Assembly: GCA_964016885.1 (NCBI GenBank)
Contig: OZ024757.1
Coordinates: 22,630,001-22,694,000 of the forward strand
Length of the DNA stretch: 64,000 bases
From: Eledone cirrhosa
Taxonomy: Eukaryota
Direction: 5' to 3'
Shown one piece after another: positions 39,127-53,085 of this stretch. The translations under genes were made by a program, and so were the position numbers. The notes below the pieces were generated by a model, which was not told where the DNA came from, did no database searches, and saw nothing but the letters and a program-made list of their open reading frames with translations. The first letter of the stretch is position 1; each line of letters begins with the position of its first letter.

Positions 39127-39492
39127 CCCTTTAGCATTCACATTATTTTATATATACTATTATATTTTCATGGTAAAGGCTTTACCTCACATAAATATCT
39201 CATATAACATTCACATTACTCTATATATACTATTATATTTTCATGGTAAAGGCTTTACCTCACATAAATATCTCACATAACATTCACATTACTCTATATA
39301 TACTATTATATTTTCATGGTAAAGGCTTTACCTCACATAATTATCTCACATCATACCGAATCTATGAGATTTTGAAAGTATTTATTTTGAAAACAATACC
39401 TTAACATCAGTTTGAGTGACCAGTTACAGCCAGTTTCAACAGAAAGAGGTAGAGAATTCTGGCCGGTTTTGGCCAGTTTGAACACTAAAGGG
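39127..39492. mobile_element. piggyBac-type MITE with TTAA target duplication
   Basis: TTAA|CCCTTTAG...CTAAAGGG|TTAA; internal 3 x ~72-bp repeat; empty-site paralogue at ~39979-40122. Confidence 0.88.
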
Positions 39493-40482
39493 TTAAATCG
39501 AGCCAGGCAAACGATATTGTTTTAAATTAGTATTTTTTCAACCTAGCTAACTTGGTCATTTGCAATTGGAACACATGTATAGTTATATCTGTGTTCACCC
39601 CTCTCATATATCCAATTATATTACACGGCTCGGAAAGTTTCCCTTCTTTGAGCTATTTAATTGTAAAAGACTATTTTGAGTTTATAACTCAATCTATGAT
39701 ATTCTCGGCTCCGTATGTAGAGCTAACTTTAGTCTCATAAACCCAGTTGCTATTTTTAGCCGCATCAGTATGAGACGCGCTAGGCACTGCGACATGTGCT
39801 TTTATAATAACAGCATATCTTTCAGTCTTCTTAGATCCTTTGAAGTGAAAGGTACGAATTTTCCTGGATACCCGCAGAAGAGCACAGGAATTCTGGCTTT
39901 CACTTAATAATTCTTGCGAAACAGATTTGGGGTCTGTCCGGGTATCAAAGGCTATTGCCTGATATAGGCTTGTTATTTTTATTGATTTATTACTTTAAAT
40001 CAAGTCAGGCAAACCATATTGTTTTAAATTAGTATTTTTTCAACCTAGCTAACTTGGTCATTTGCAATTGGAACACATGTATAGTTATATATGTGTTCAC
40101 CCCTCTCATATATCCAATTATATATGAATATGTGTATATTTATGAGTATGTGTATGTGTGCGAGAGAGAAAGCGATTATGTGATTACATAAATGTGTGTG
40201 GATGTGTGTGCATGTTTATTTGTATATATCCATGTGCGTGTTTGTGAGAGCCAGAAGACGTGTGTGTGAGTATATATTTATGCTCATCAGTGTGTGTGTG
40301 TAAGAGGATGTATGAGTGTGTGTGGGAGGATGCATGTGTAAGTGTGTATATATTTATGAGTACATCATTGTGTGTGTAAGACGATGTATGTATGTGGATG
40401 TGTGTGTGAGAAAGAGGGAGAGAGCATGTGTGTATGCAAGAGAACATGTGTGTGTGAGTATATACCTACATATATATATATA

Positions 40483-41259
40483 CTAGCAGCAGTACCCAAC
40501 GTTGCCTGGGTAGGTAAAATAATATCTGCTTTGATGAAAAGGTGTTGATCTTAGCGACTGCTTCTCGATGACTCATCTATGGCCACACACAGGCCATTCG
40601 GGGGAGGCTGGTGATGACCTCTATTACTGAGAAACGCGGGTGACTGACGAAGGGGCATGCTGGGGGAGGGAGTTTCGAATTTGAACGAAATCGGTTGAAA
40701 AATGTGGAAGCTAGAGCCGAAAAGGCGGAAATTTGAGCGAAAAGGTGGTATTTTCGAACATGTAGGCGGCTGCCACGCCGTTCCTGAACAAACAATCCAA
40801 AACGTAAAACCACTTTAAGACGTGAAATAATCAGATCTTGCGTAGTGTAAAATTTGAACAAAGTAGGTTGATTAATGTGGGAGCCAGAGCCGAAAAAGTG
40901 AAAATTTGAGTCTAAAAGTGGTATTTTTTTAATATTTAAGCGGTTGCCACGCCGTCCCTGAACAACAAATGCAAAATATAAAGCCATTATAGGATGTGCA
41001 ATGATAAATTCTATTTTGCTTTAAAATTTGAACGAAATCGGTGGCAAAATATGGGAGCTAGAGCCAAAAATCTTATTTTTCGATACCTAAAAAAAGGTGA
41101 CCCCTTATCGATTTTTATCTGCAGAATGACCCCGGAATAAAAAAAAAACGATGACTAATCTATGAGCCTGTAAAGTTTCATAAAAATCGGTCGTAATATC
41201 TAGGCCCCTATAGGTAATACAAAGACACACACACATACTTAATTTTATATGTATACAGA
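40483..41259 (-). mobile_element. Non-autonomous Helitron
   Basis: Minus strand starts A|TCTGTATACATATAAAA and ends with the GC-rich hairpin-like CCCAGGCAACGTTGGG, then TACTGCTG-CTAG|T; A|T insertion with no TSD; internal imperfect repeats (AATTTGAACGAAATCGG). Confidence 0.75.
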
Positions 41260-41337
41260 TATGGCAGTATGAGAAATGTTGAAGTTCTTTGCCAAAATTA
41301 AATCAAAATCTAAAAACAAAACTTAATAAAATCTTAC

Positions 41338-41491
41338 CTGATCTCGTCGAATTCTGACTTTATGCTTTAACGAAATTGTATTTTCCATCCAAGAGTCCCT
41401 TTTCAGTTTTAATTCAACTTTATATGTCTGAGGTGAGTCCATATCAGACAGAGAGACTGATCTTTGGCGATATATAGACATTGCTTTTTGT
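41338..41491 (-). CDS. Candidate host-gene exon (48 open codons from ATG at 41481), unknown protein
   Basis: Acceptor TTTTCTTCCCACGTTTCCTTGTTATAAAG|, open frame MSIYRQRSVSLSDMDSPQTYKVELKLKRDSWMENTISLKHKVRIRRDQ, donor CAG|GTAAGA; unique sequence within the window. Confidence 0.5.
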
Positions 41492-41529
41492 CTTTATAAC
41501 AAGGAAACGTGGGAAGAAAAATCTAATCA

Positions 41530-42130
41530 GATTGTCTAATGAAACTAGGATTGTCTAAAGGATACTAGGATTGTCTAAATGTTACTACAATTGTCTAAAT
41601 GGTACAAGGGCTGGTCTAATGAAACTAGGATTGTTTAAATGATACTAAAATATTTTAAACGATACTTTGATTGTTTAAAGGATGAGGATTATCTGAATAA
41701 TAGCAGAATAGTCTAAATGACACTATAATAGTCCAAATAGTACGAGAGATGGTCTAATGAAACTAGGATTGTCTAAATGATGCTATGATTGTTTAAATGA
41801 AGCTCCAGTTGTCTAACAGATACTCAGATTGTCTAAAGGATATGAGGAATAACTGAATGATACCAGAATAGTTTAAATGATACTAGGATTGTTTAAATGA
41901 TGCTCTGATTGTCTAAAGGATACTCTAATTGTTCAAAGGATAGTAGATTGTCTAAATGATACTCAAATTGTCTAATCAATGCTCTGATAATCTAGAGCAG
42001 TGTGAACGGATGCTAGACTTGTCTAAATGATACCAGGATCATCTAGTTGATACTCCAATTGTTGAGAGGATTCCAAGATTGTCTAAACAATATTGGAATG
42101 GTCTAATTGATAGAAGGACTGTTTAGATGT
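41530..42130. repeat. Old degenerate ~20-bp minisatellite (GGATTGTCTAAATGATACTA)
   Basis: Recurrent ATTGTCTAAA/ATTGTTTAAA at ~20-bp spacing. Confidence 0.85.
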
Positions 42131-42903
42131 TGCAAGAATTCTGGATTCCAGCTTATGAGTATCGAAATTAAAACTAATCCAGTGTTGCTTGAGAAAATAA
42201 AATGGAGAGAAAGAGAGAGCATGAGAGAGGTGGGGAGAAAGAGTAAAGAGGAAGGGAACTAAAAGAGTGAAAGATGAACAGTTTGATTCAGATGACTAAT
42301 GATTGTTAATATAAGTGACTTGATGTGAGACGGTGTTTGGTTAATCCATGTTAAAGTTACATTTAAAGTTAGTTCTCCATTTTTCAATAAGTCGCACTGT
42401 TTAATCCATTTGTCATTTCAGACGAAGACATACTTCGAAACACTTCCACCACTGGCGGTGAAGTTTTGTTTTTATAAAAAGGAAACAACAATATCACAAC
42501 AACAATATTACCCCACCCCAAATTAAGTGGGTATGTTTTTAGGAAGCCACTGCAATACAGAAGGGGGTAGTAAATATCGAAGTAACATAGGCAGATAGGA
42601 GAGGTGTGGACGAGCAATGGGACAAAACAAAAACGTACACAAAAACAATAAATAAATATAAATATCACAAGATAACCCCGCGTGAACAGCTTAATTACTG
42701 CTATTATTTGAAAAGTTGGATAAAATGAAGGTACATTGTTTTTTTGGTAATGAAATATTTCAACAAATTGTTGGTTGGGGTGGGAGAGATCTAAAACTTG
42801 AAAAGTTCTTTTGACTAATGTGTTCTTTATAAAGTTGGTATGTAAAAATCATAATGAAAAATCAACTAGATTTCTATATGAATAATTTCATTGTTGTCTC
42901 TTG

Positions 42904-42939
<36 letters not shown>

Positions 42940-43229
42940 CCTCACTCTCTCTTTATCTATCTATCTACCCCCCGCCTCTCTCTCTCTATATATATATATA
43001 TATATCTTCTCCCTCTGTCTCTGTATATGTATGTAGGCGGCGTATGTCGAAATTCCATGCCACATCTGCTGTAAAAATACAAGTCAAAGTCGAGGCTCAA
43101 CAGTCAACTAAAAGCCCACAGCAACAATACAGACTGATGATTACATGGTTATGATGAGTGGTATTGCTCAGACTCAAGGTGAAGGCTACATTATATGTAA
43201 ACACACACACATACACCCCCCCCCCCCAC

Positions 43230-43260
<31 letters not shown>

Positions 43261-43434
43261 GGCATAATTATATCTTCAAGAAGATGCCTCACATTCTCTC
43301 CCCTTCGTTGAACGCCGCGTTGTGTATGTATAGTTGTATGTATATACATATATATATATGTGTGTGTGTGTGTAATTATGTATGATTGTACGAGTATATA
43401 TATGTATATATATTTACTAATGTCTGTTTGTATG

Positions 43435-43436
43435 CG

Positions 43437-43507
<71 letters not shown>

Positions 43508-43523
43508 ATATATATATATATAC

Positions 43524-43572
<49 letters not shown>

Positions 43573-43679
43573 TATACATATATATATACATATATATATA
43601 TACATATATACATATATATATATACATATATATATATACATATATATACATATATTCATATATATATATACATATATAT

Positions 43680-43714
<35 letters not shown>

Positions 43715-43973
43715 CATATATATATACATATATATATATATACATATATATATATACATATATATATATACATATATATATATATACATATATATATAAA
43801 TATATATATATACATATACATATATATATACATATATATATATATACACATATACATATATATATATATATATAAATATATACATATATATATATATACA
43901 TATATATATACATATATATATATACACATATATATATATATATACATATGTACATATACATATATACATATAC

Positions 43974-44058
<85 letters not shown>

Positions 44059-44113
44059 CATATATATATACATATATATATATATACATATATATATATA
44101 CATATATATATAC

Positions 44114-44164
<51 letters not shown>

Positions 44165-44189
44165 CATATATATACACATATATATATAC

Positions 44190-44222
<33 letters not shown>

Positions 44223-44421
44223 CATATATATATATACATATATATATATATACAAATATATATATATATACATATATATACATATATATATATATACATA
44301 TATACATATATATACATATATATATACATATATATATATACATATATATATAATATATATATATATGTATATATATGTATATATATATATATGTATATAT
44401 ATATGTATATATATATGTATG

Positions 44422-44471
<50 letters not shown>

Positions 44472-44718
44472 TATACACACATATATATACACACATATAT
44501 ATATATACATATATATACACACATATATATACACACATATATATATATATATATACATGTCTTCTATTACTCCCATCTCTTTCTTCTACAGGAATATAAT
44601 AACTGTTGAAATAAATTGGATTAATCTTCCAAGCAACCAAATATTTTTAACTCCTGACAAAGGAATCACTTTAAATTTCCTATTGTAAATTCGATTGTTT
44701 TAAAAACTAACACACATG

Positions 44719-44777
<59 letters not shown>

Positions 44778-45120
44778 TTTTAAATATATCTTAATATATA
44801 TATAAGTATATATAATATATATATACTTTTAAATATATCTTAATATATATATAAGTATATACAATATATATATATATATATATATATATTAATATATATA
44901 TAAGTATATATAATATATATATACTTTTAAATATATCTTAATATATATATAAGTATATACAATATATATATATATATACTTTTAAATATATCTTAATATA
45001 TATATAAGTATATACAATATATATATATACTTTTAAATATATCTTAATATATATATAAGTATATACAATATATATATATACTTTTAAATATATCTTAATA
45101 TATATATAAATATGTATATA
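43435..45120. repeat. Long (TA)n/(TACA)n tracts and an AT-rich ~55-bp minisatellite (44775-45110)
   Basis: Directly visible. Confidence 0.95.
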
Positions 45121-46080
45121 GAAACACCTTATATATGCACACAATCTGAAAACAAAACAATGGAATATGAAAGAATGGATGCTATTGTGTATAAACAATC
45201 TCATCTTTATTCTTGTCATTCAGAATTCATCGAAAATCTAACAAACTTTCTCAATAAGCCAATAACTATGATGTCAAATTCTATCAAGAGAAATATGTGC
45301 AATATCTGTCAGAACTATGACAGAACTAATTAGTATGTCTTTCATGTTTATGTCTACTTTCACTTTTAAGAATATCTACTTCTGCCAATTCAATATTTAT
45401 GAATACAGCTTTTGGGTTTTCATTCTTCAATAGTTTTGAAATTAAATTTGGCATACGATGTTTGGAAAAAGTTAATGCCTTTCCTGGTGTTTCAATTAAA
45501 TTATTACGGATACTTCTTGGGAGATTCATTCTTTCCATTACGTTCAAGGTTTTTTTGACAAATAATTGAATAAAATATAGATTTTGAAACTGTTACATTT
45601 CCACCTTCTATTGAGTAAGTGAAATGTGTGTGTGTGGGTAGGGTGTGTGTGTGTGTGTGTGAGGGGGGGGGGGCTGTTGATATGGCCATTATATACTTTT
45701 AGCTAAATATTAAAGATAAAAATAGAACATATTTGTAGTTTTAATAAATTATTATCTGCATCAATTTATATCCAGTTTCCATTCTGGCATGTGTTGGACT
45801 CATGTTTAAAAGAAAAGACTGTTTCCCATATATATATATACTGTATATCCCCTATTATCTGACATAATCAATTTTGTGCCTTTCTCTTATTGTTATAATC
45901 TCTCTTCCTTGAGTTCCCTTGTGCATAAGGGATTTCTGTGAGTTTCTAACTCAACCTTTTAATTTGAAATATATATGCTTTCACTTTAAAAATGTTTTAA
46001 TTGCATAATGAATGTTACTTTTTGTTTCACAAATATTTAGCTACAGGTCTTTAAGAATGTGCTAGGCCTAGCTCCATATA

Positions 46081-46369
46081 TCATCATCATCATCATCATC
46101 ATCACCGTTTTACGTCCGTTCTTCCACGCTAGCATGGGTTAGACGGGTTGTCCTGTTGTGGGCAGTGTCTGGTCGGCTGACCATGCCTTGCTCATACAGG
46201 AACTGATTTGGCTTGATTTCTACAGCTGGATGCCCTTCCTAACACCAACCTCATTTACAGTGAGTGCTGGGTGCTTTTTCGTGGCGCCTACACGTCCACT
46301 TTACAGTGTGGGCTGGGTGCTTTTTTGCCGTGGCACCTCCATGACCACCTTGCGGTAGGGGGGTGTGGG

Positions 46370-46376
<7 letters not shown>
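46081..46376 (-). mobile_element. 3' UTR fragment of the second RTE family (tail type 2)
   Basis: Reverse complement matches 8102-8630 but has 2 rather than 7 internal units. Confidence 0.8.
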
Positions 46377-46408
<32 letters not shown>

Positions 46409-46739
46409 ACTCCATATATATACACCTCTCTATCTAAGGCCAATAACATTGTTAGAAATCCCTGCGGTCCTGAAGTAATAATTCCAACAAGATCAGGTGA
46501 TGAGAGTTTTTGTTTTTGTAGTAGGCTTCCATCATATTCGATTCCATTGTGCATTCCAAACGAGATAAGATGGAGTTACATAACTACTATCGATCAGTCA
46601 CTATATTGATTTCTGATGATCAATCAGCCTTCGGAAACTATCGCAAAACATTGAAATAATTAAGCAGGAATCTTTGCCTTTTGCTTTCATTGTTCAACAC
46701 ACACATACACACACACACATATATATATATATATAAAAC

Positions 46740-46945
46740 AAAGAGGGTGTGCTAAGATACCAGGTGGACCATAACGCACCAGAGTACTCAATACTCGGGG
46801 TAGTAGAGTGGGTAATAGGAAAAGAGTCAGGACCCCGATGGCTGAACTCTGGTCGTTTCGACAGCTAGATCCAAACTCTAGATCCAAACTAGAGTTTGGA
46901 TCTAGCTGTCGAAACAGCAGGAGCTCAGCTGTCGGGGTCCTGATT
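46740..46945 (-). mobile_element. Putative Penelope-like pseudo-LTR fragment ending in a palindrome with hammerhead 3' halves
   Basis: Homologous to 7316-7520; arms ~46828-46881 and 46889-46942; GAAA-CAGC..GCTG-TC-GGGGTC. Confidence 0.6.
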
Positions 46946-47067
46946 CTTTTACTATATATATAGTTTAGGGACTGTAACATTAAGTTACGGTTTGTTCACC
47001 AAAGTGAGCAGTAGATGCGTAGTTTCCAGTATGTACTTTGGTTTTGACCTAAGCAGAGTGTAATAAT

Positions 47068-47200
47068 AATTGTTTCTACTATTGGCACAAGGCCAGCAAT
47101 TATCCCAGTGCATTACTGGTACTTTATTTTATCGACCCCGTAAGGATGAAAGGCAAAGTTAACCTAACGTTTCGGATGCTAGTCTTTCATCAGAAAATAA
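47068..47200 (-). other. SINE B 3' fragment joined to a hammerhead motif (47165-47196) at its predicted cleavage site
   Basis: Minus strand: CTGATGA-AAGACTAGCATCC-GAAA-CGTTA then GGTTAACTTTGCC (SINE B); same family as 52247-52282. Confidence 0.55.
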
Positions 47201-47318
47201 AGAAGAAATATAAAGATAGAGGGAAGTGAGCAGGGTAGAAACAAATAACAATTCTTGGGGAAAAAGCAAGTCTATTCATTTCACCATTTCTTGGAAAACT
47301 TTTGAAAGGCCATGATCA

Positions 47319-47379
<61 letters not shown>

Positions 47380-47993
47380 CACAAAGATTTGCATATAATG
47401 TGTGTGCATAAATCAATGCTTATCTATCTACCAGAATATATATACATGTATGTAAATACATTTAAACATTTATTTCTTCTGCATCCTACTTATCTGACTA
47501 TTGACTATTAAATAACCACCTAATACATCATCTAATAGACCAGTTTCTATTGTATATTGAGATATATTTTATGTGCTTATACTACATGTTATATATGGAA
47601 GGTGGCTGAATAGTTCATATGTTGACTATGAAGGAGTGATGCTAGAGCTGTGAAATCTTGCATGCATTAATTTCAACTCTTCTTCTCGATAACTGCTTTG
47701 TGTCTTTTCAGAGACTATGTTGAAAAATAAACCTCATTTGGTCATTCCATGAGAGTATCTTGGTCAGCCTTTGAATGTTTCAGCCGACTCTCATATATAT
47801 AAAAGGTGGTAAATTGACAGAATCCTTAGAATGTCAGATAGAATGCTTTGCAATAATTGTTTCTGAACTCTGGTCTCTGAGTTCAAATCCCGCCAAGGCC
47901 AACTGTGCTTTCATCTTTTTGAGGTTGATAAAATGTTTAGTAATGGGGTGGAATCTTCCTCATACACAATGACTAGTGAAGAAGTATAATCAT

Positions 47994-49507
47994 AAATTGC
48001 TGTAAGGGCAAAGGTGATTGATGATCTAGAAAGGAGCAACTATAGAGGAATAAATCTAATGGACTAAGTTATGAAAGTGACAGAAAGGATTATAGCAGAG
48101 CTAATTAGTGAAACAGTCAAAATAAATGAGATGCAGTTTGGTTTCATGCCTGGGAAAAGTACTACAGATGTCCTCTTCTTAGTGAGGCAACTACAAGAGA
48201 AGTTCCTAACCTAAAATAAACTATTACATTTAGCTTTTGTTGACCTAGAGAGGCCTTTGACAGAGTACCTCAAGCTATTATCTAGTGGTCTTTAAGGAAA
48301 CTATGTATAGAAGAATGGCTTGTGAGAGCAGTGCAAGCTATGTACAGAAGAACTGTCAATAAAGTGAGAGTAGGAAATGAGTTTAGTGAAGAATTCAAGG
48401 TACAAGTAGGAGTTCATCAAGGTTCAGCTCTGAGGCCACTGCTGTTTATCATAGTTCTTTAGGCCATAATAGAGGAGTTTAAAATGGGCTGCCCATGGAA
48501 ACTTCACTATGCAGGTAATATGGTCCTCATTGATGAAACCCCAAAAGAACTAGAAATTCCGATTATTGAAACTAAATTTGGAATCTATGGGTCTGAGAAT
48601 AAACTTAGCCAAAACTAAAGTGCTAGTGAGTAGGAGAGAAGAGAAGATAGGACCCTGATTCCCTCAGGGAAGTGACCATGCTCAATATGCAGAAAAGGAG
48701 TAGGCATAAACGCCATACAATGTACACAATGTAAATGTTGGATGCACAAAAGATGTAGTGGAATAATGAGTAAACTAACAGGAAGGGAGAAATTTACATG
48801 TAGAAGATGGAGAGGAGAAATTGAGAGGAAGAGTGCTAATGATATAAACCTTTTCTAGTCGCAGGAAGGATCCATAGACGTGGTTGACAGCTTCTGTTTT
48901 CTAGGTAAATTAATTAGCAGTGGAGAAGGGTGGTCTGAGAGTATAATAGCTAGAATAAGGATAGGATGGAAGAAGTTTAGAGAACTAGTCCCACTGTTGA
49001 CAACAAAAGGTTTCACCCTACGTACAAAAGGAAGGTTGTATGATGTCTGTGTGTAGTGTATGATGCTGCATGGTAGTGAAACATGGACTGTGACAGCAGA
49101 GGACATGCGTAGACTGGAGAGAAATGAAGCAACCATGTTTTGTTGGATGTGCAATGTAAATGTAAGAGAAAGGCAGAGCCTGGCCGAGCTGAGTGAGAAG
49201 CTGGGTTGATGGGGAATCTGCAATGGTGTGCAGGAGAGATGACTGTGTTAGTATGGACATGTGATTCACATTGGCAATGACTGATGTGTGACGATATACC
49301 AGGAATTCCCGGTGGAGGGAAGCCACAGTAGAGGACGACCAAGAAAGACCTGGGCAGAGGTTGTGAGAGCTGACCTCAAATTGCTAAGACTGGAAGAGGA
49401 GATGATGAAGAGACATGAAAAGTGGAGAGATGCCATGCTGAGAAGGTTCTGTCCAACCCATGCAAGCATGGAAAACTGGACGTAAAAACGATGATGATGA
49501 TGATGAT
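47994..49507 (+). mobile_element. Degraded 5'-truncated RTE copy
   Basis: Colinear with the 25047 ORF from KGKG..NYRGI to GRPRKTW, with many stops and frameshifts; (TGA)n tail. Confidence 0.92.
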
Positions 49508-49993
49508 ATATATATATGTATGATATACTAGTGTGGAAGATGGATGTTAAACGATGATGATGATGATATATATATCTCATGTTTTTGCATCTGAAATTTC
49601 TTCAGAATATATTTTCAGAATATATCTTCATAACTAAATAACTAAACTCATAAATAAAAATATATAAATTATAAAATAAATGAAAACGAAGTATTACGAT
49701 TTAAACTACTGTTCTCAGTAACCTCAGACTGACCTTTGAGCAATGGAGTGATGGGAGTCTTTTTATTTTTTTTAATTTTCTTGTAAATAAATAAAGTAAA
49801 TAACTACATAAAATAATAAAGGAAATAAAACAAAATAAATGGATAAAGAAATAAAGAAAAAAGAAAAAAAGCAACCAAGAAAGAAAGAATAGAAAGTTGT
49901 GGATATATTTAGGAAGTCGAAACAATTCAGATGGTAAATATTGAGGTAAAGAAGTCAGAGAGGAGGAAGTGAGGATAACAGAAAACAATAAAT

Positions 49994-50030
<37 letters not shown>

Positions 50031-50294
50031 ACTGTCCATCTGTCCGTTGTTTTTTTCCTTTGTTTTTGCCGTTGTATCCCCTAGTTTGAATTCATATTCT
50101 AAAAACTTAATCATGCAGGCTTTTTTTGAAACTATACACATACATGCATACATATATATTTGTTCATGCTGTCATTATAACAGCAGAGGTCCAACAAGCT
50201 TTTGATTCTAGAGTTGGTGCACATTGATACAGATCAATAGCGAAATGCACATCACAAATCAATAAACATATTAAAGGCTTAACAAATCGCCCTT

Positions 50295-50338
<44 letters not shown>

Positions 50339-50340
50339 GG

Positions 50341-50531
50341 GGCGGTGAATTGGCAGTATCAGTAGAGAGTCGGACGCCATGCTTTCCAGCATAGTTACGT
50401 CTCTTTATGGTCTGAGTTCAAATCCCACCGAGGTTAATTTTGCTTTTCATCCTTACGGGGTCAATAAAATAAAGTACCAGTAATGTACTGGGTAATTGCT
50501 GGCCTTGTGCCAAAAGTAGAAACAATTATTA
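50341..50531 (+). mobile_element. Full-length tRNA-derived SINE family B
   Basis: GGCGGTGAATTGGCAG (A-box-like), GAGTTCAAATCC (B box), 3' TTGTGCCAAAAGTAGAAACAATTATT; at least 12 copies in the window. Confidence 0.88.
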
Positions 50532-50547
50532 TAAATATATCATTTTC

Positions 50548-50790
50548 ATCATCATCGTTTTTACGTCCAGTTTTCCATGCTTGCTCAGTCCTTCTCAGCA
50601 TGGCATCTCTCCACTTGTAACATTCCTTCGTCATCTCCTCTTCCCCTCTTAGTGATTTTAAGTCAGCTCTCACCCCTCAGCCTACATCTTTCTTGGTCGT
50701 CTTCTACTGCAGCTTCCTTCCACTGCGATTTCCTGGCAATTCTCCACCCATGAGTCATTGCCCATGTGCATCACATGTCCATACACACCA
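50548..50790 (-). mobile_element. Short RTE 3' fragment
   Basis: RADLKSL..EEMTK..KWRDAML and GHVMHM; (TGA)n tail. Confidence 0.8.
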
Positions 50791-51009
50791 TCTTGGATTC
50801 CTCTTAAACAATTTTGCTTGTATCTTCACCTGACTGATATGAAATCAGGTGGCTAGCTGGTTTCCTAAAATTTGTGTTGCAGATGGTTAGTTCATTTGCA
50901 TCCCAGAATTCCAGAAGTCTCAGCCCCTCTTCATTCCTTGAGCCATAGACTCCATGAACTCCACTGAATCCATCCTGCTACTGTCCCACATCTCCCCTGC
51001 ATCAGCATT

Positions 51010-52088
51010 CGGTCCTCAGCCCGCTCTTGTTCATTATAGTCCTCCAAGCCATAACAGAAGAGTTTAAGACTGGATGCCCATGGGAACTTCTCTATGCTGA
51101 TGATCTGGTTCTTATAGCAGAATCAGTAGAGGAGCTAGAGAATAAATTCTGGCTATGGAAACAGCAGTTGGAATCAAGAAGTCTGAGAGTGAACATAGCT
51201 AAGACAAAAGTGTTGATAAGTAGAAGAGAGGACAATACTCTGATTCCATCAGGGAAATGGCCATGTTCGATATGTAGGAAAGGAACTGGTATAAATTCCA
51301 TAAAATGTACGCAATGTGGATCTTGGGTACCAAGAGATGTAGTGGGATAGCAGGCAAACTAACAGGTAGGGAAAACTATGTATGCAGTAGATGTACAGGG
51401 GAAGTTGGCAGTAGTAATCACAGTGATAGACACATTTTTCCAATGCAGGTGGGTTCTATAGAAGTGGTGGATAGCTTCCAGTACCTAGGTGATCAGATTA
51501 GCATGGGAGGGGGTGTTCCGAAGCCATAGTATCTAGAATAAGGATGGGTTGGAAGAAGTTCGGGGAGCTACTTCCTCTGTTGACAAAGAAGGGTTTCTCC
51601 CTGCGTATGAAAGGACGGTTATATGATGCCTGTGTGAGATGCACGATGCTGCATCGTAGTGAGACATGGGCAGCAACTGCAGAGGATATGCGACGGCTGG
51701 AGAGAAATGAAGCAAGCATGCTCCATTGGATGTGCAATGTCAATGTGCGTGAACGACCAAGCATAGACGAGTTGAGAAAGAAACTGGGTATAAGAGGGAT
51801 AAGTTGTGGTGTGCAGGAGAGAAGGCTGAGATGGTATGGACATGTGATGTGCATGAGAGATGACCGCTGGGTAAAGAAGTGCCAAGAAATCCCTGTAGAA
51901 GGAAGACACAGTAGAGGAAGACCACAAAAAACATGGGCGGAGGTGGTGAGAGCTGACTTCAGATCGCTGAAACTCACTGAGGATATGATGAACAACCGTG
52001 ACAAGTGGAGAGATGCTGTGCTGAATAGGACCCATCCCACCCTTGCAAGCAGGGAAAAGTGGACATAAAATGATGATGATGATGATGA
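51010..52088 (+). mobile_element. 5'-truncated RTE copy close to the 25011-27258 element
   Basis: ORFs 51027, 51305 and 51544 are frameshifted pieces of the same protein ([11 protein letters not shown]-like finger..[14 protein letters not shown]). Confidence 0.94.
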
Positions 52089-52246
52089 TATATATATTTA
52101 CACATATCTATCTATGTATCTATCTATATATTTATATACAGTTTTGCAAGAGATGTCAACATGAATGGACCTGTTATTTTTATCTAAAGACATTTTTTCC
52201 AATTACAACCCGCCCGTCCCCTCAATCTATTTTGTTTCTCATTCTT

Positions 52247-52282
52247 TCTTCTGATGAAGGACTAGCGTCCGAAACGTTAAGA
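52247..52282 (+). ncRNA. Minimal hammerhead motif with one extra A after the core
   Basis: TCTT-CTGATGA-a-GGAC tagc GTCC-GAAA-CG-TT-AAGA; AACGTT palindrome; relatives at 47165-47196 (-) and 22135-22156 (-, 5' half). Confidence 0.65.
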
Positions 52283-52795
52283 CCCTCTTCCTGCTATATC
52301 AAGCGTTAACCTAATATATACCTTCCATATACTGTACCGATTGTGTTGTTATTTCTGTTTACCTTTTACATACATATATATATATATATAAATATATATA
52401 TACAAATATCTATATATACATATATATATGTAAATATACATACACACATATCTATATATACATATATATATATAAATATACATACATATAAATATATATA
52501 CATATATACAAATATATATCCATATATACAAATATATATCCATATATATATAAATATATATAAATATATATCCATATATATATAAATATATATCCATATA
52601 TAAATAGATATATATCCATATATATTTATATATATATACATTCGTATAAATATATATACATATATATACGTATATATTTATATATATACATATATACAAA
52701 TATATATACGTATATACAAATATATACACATCATCATCATCGTTTAACGCCCATTTTCCATGCTAGCATGGGTCTGGACATATATATACATATAT

Positions 52796-52859
<64 letters not shown>

Positions 52860-52939
52860 GTAATTCCGGATTGAATCGGAGGTAACCACAGTAAGTAAGG
52901 TACTCAATACATTGCAGAGTATAAAAGTTTTAATAATCA

Positions 52940-52992
52940 GAGATTCCTGATGATTTCTAAAGAATGAAACAGTTCTAGTCCTGTAGAATCTC
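52940..52992 (+). ncRNA. Type I hammerhead motif, third copy of the 35121 family
   Basis: GAGATTC-CTGATGA-TTTCTAAAGAAT-GAAA-CAG..CTG-TA-GAATCTC; upstream 52858-52935 matches 34962-35040. Confidence 0.75.
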
Positions 52993-53085
52993 ATCTATAT
53001 TAAATCTTATATATATATATATAAATTATTAAAAAAATAATGAATAAACAAAGAAACAGTTCCTTATATTAAACAAAAAAAGTTC

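Noticed and set aside
42418-42445. CAGACGA..CGAAAC hammerhead or a small + strand exon
   Set aside because: Core mismatch, no stems I or III, and a weak donor.
45112-45547. 73-aa ORFs in unique sequence
   Set aside because: No recognisable motif or clear splice sites; may be decayed element sequence.
46612-46660. CTGATGA..GAAA motif
   Set aside because: No pairing for stems II or III.
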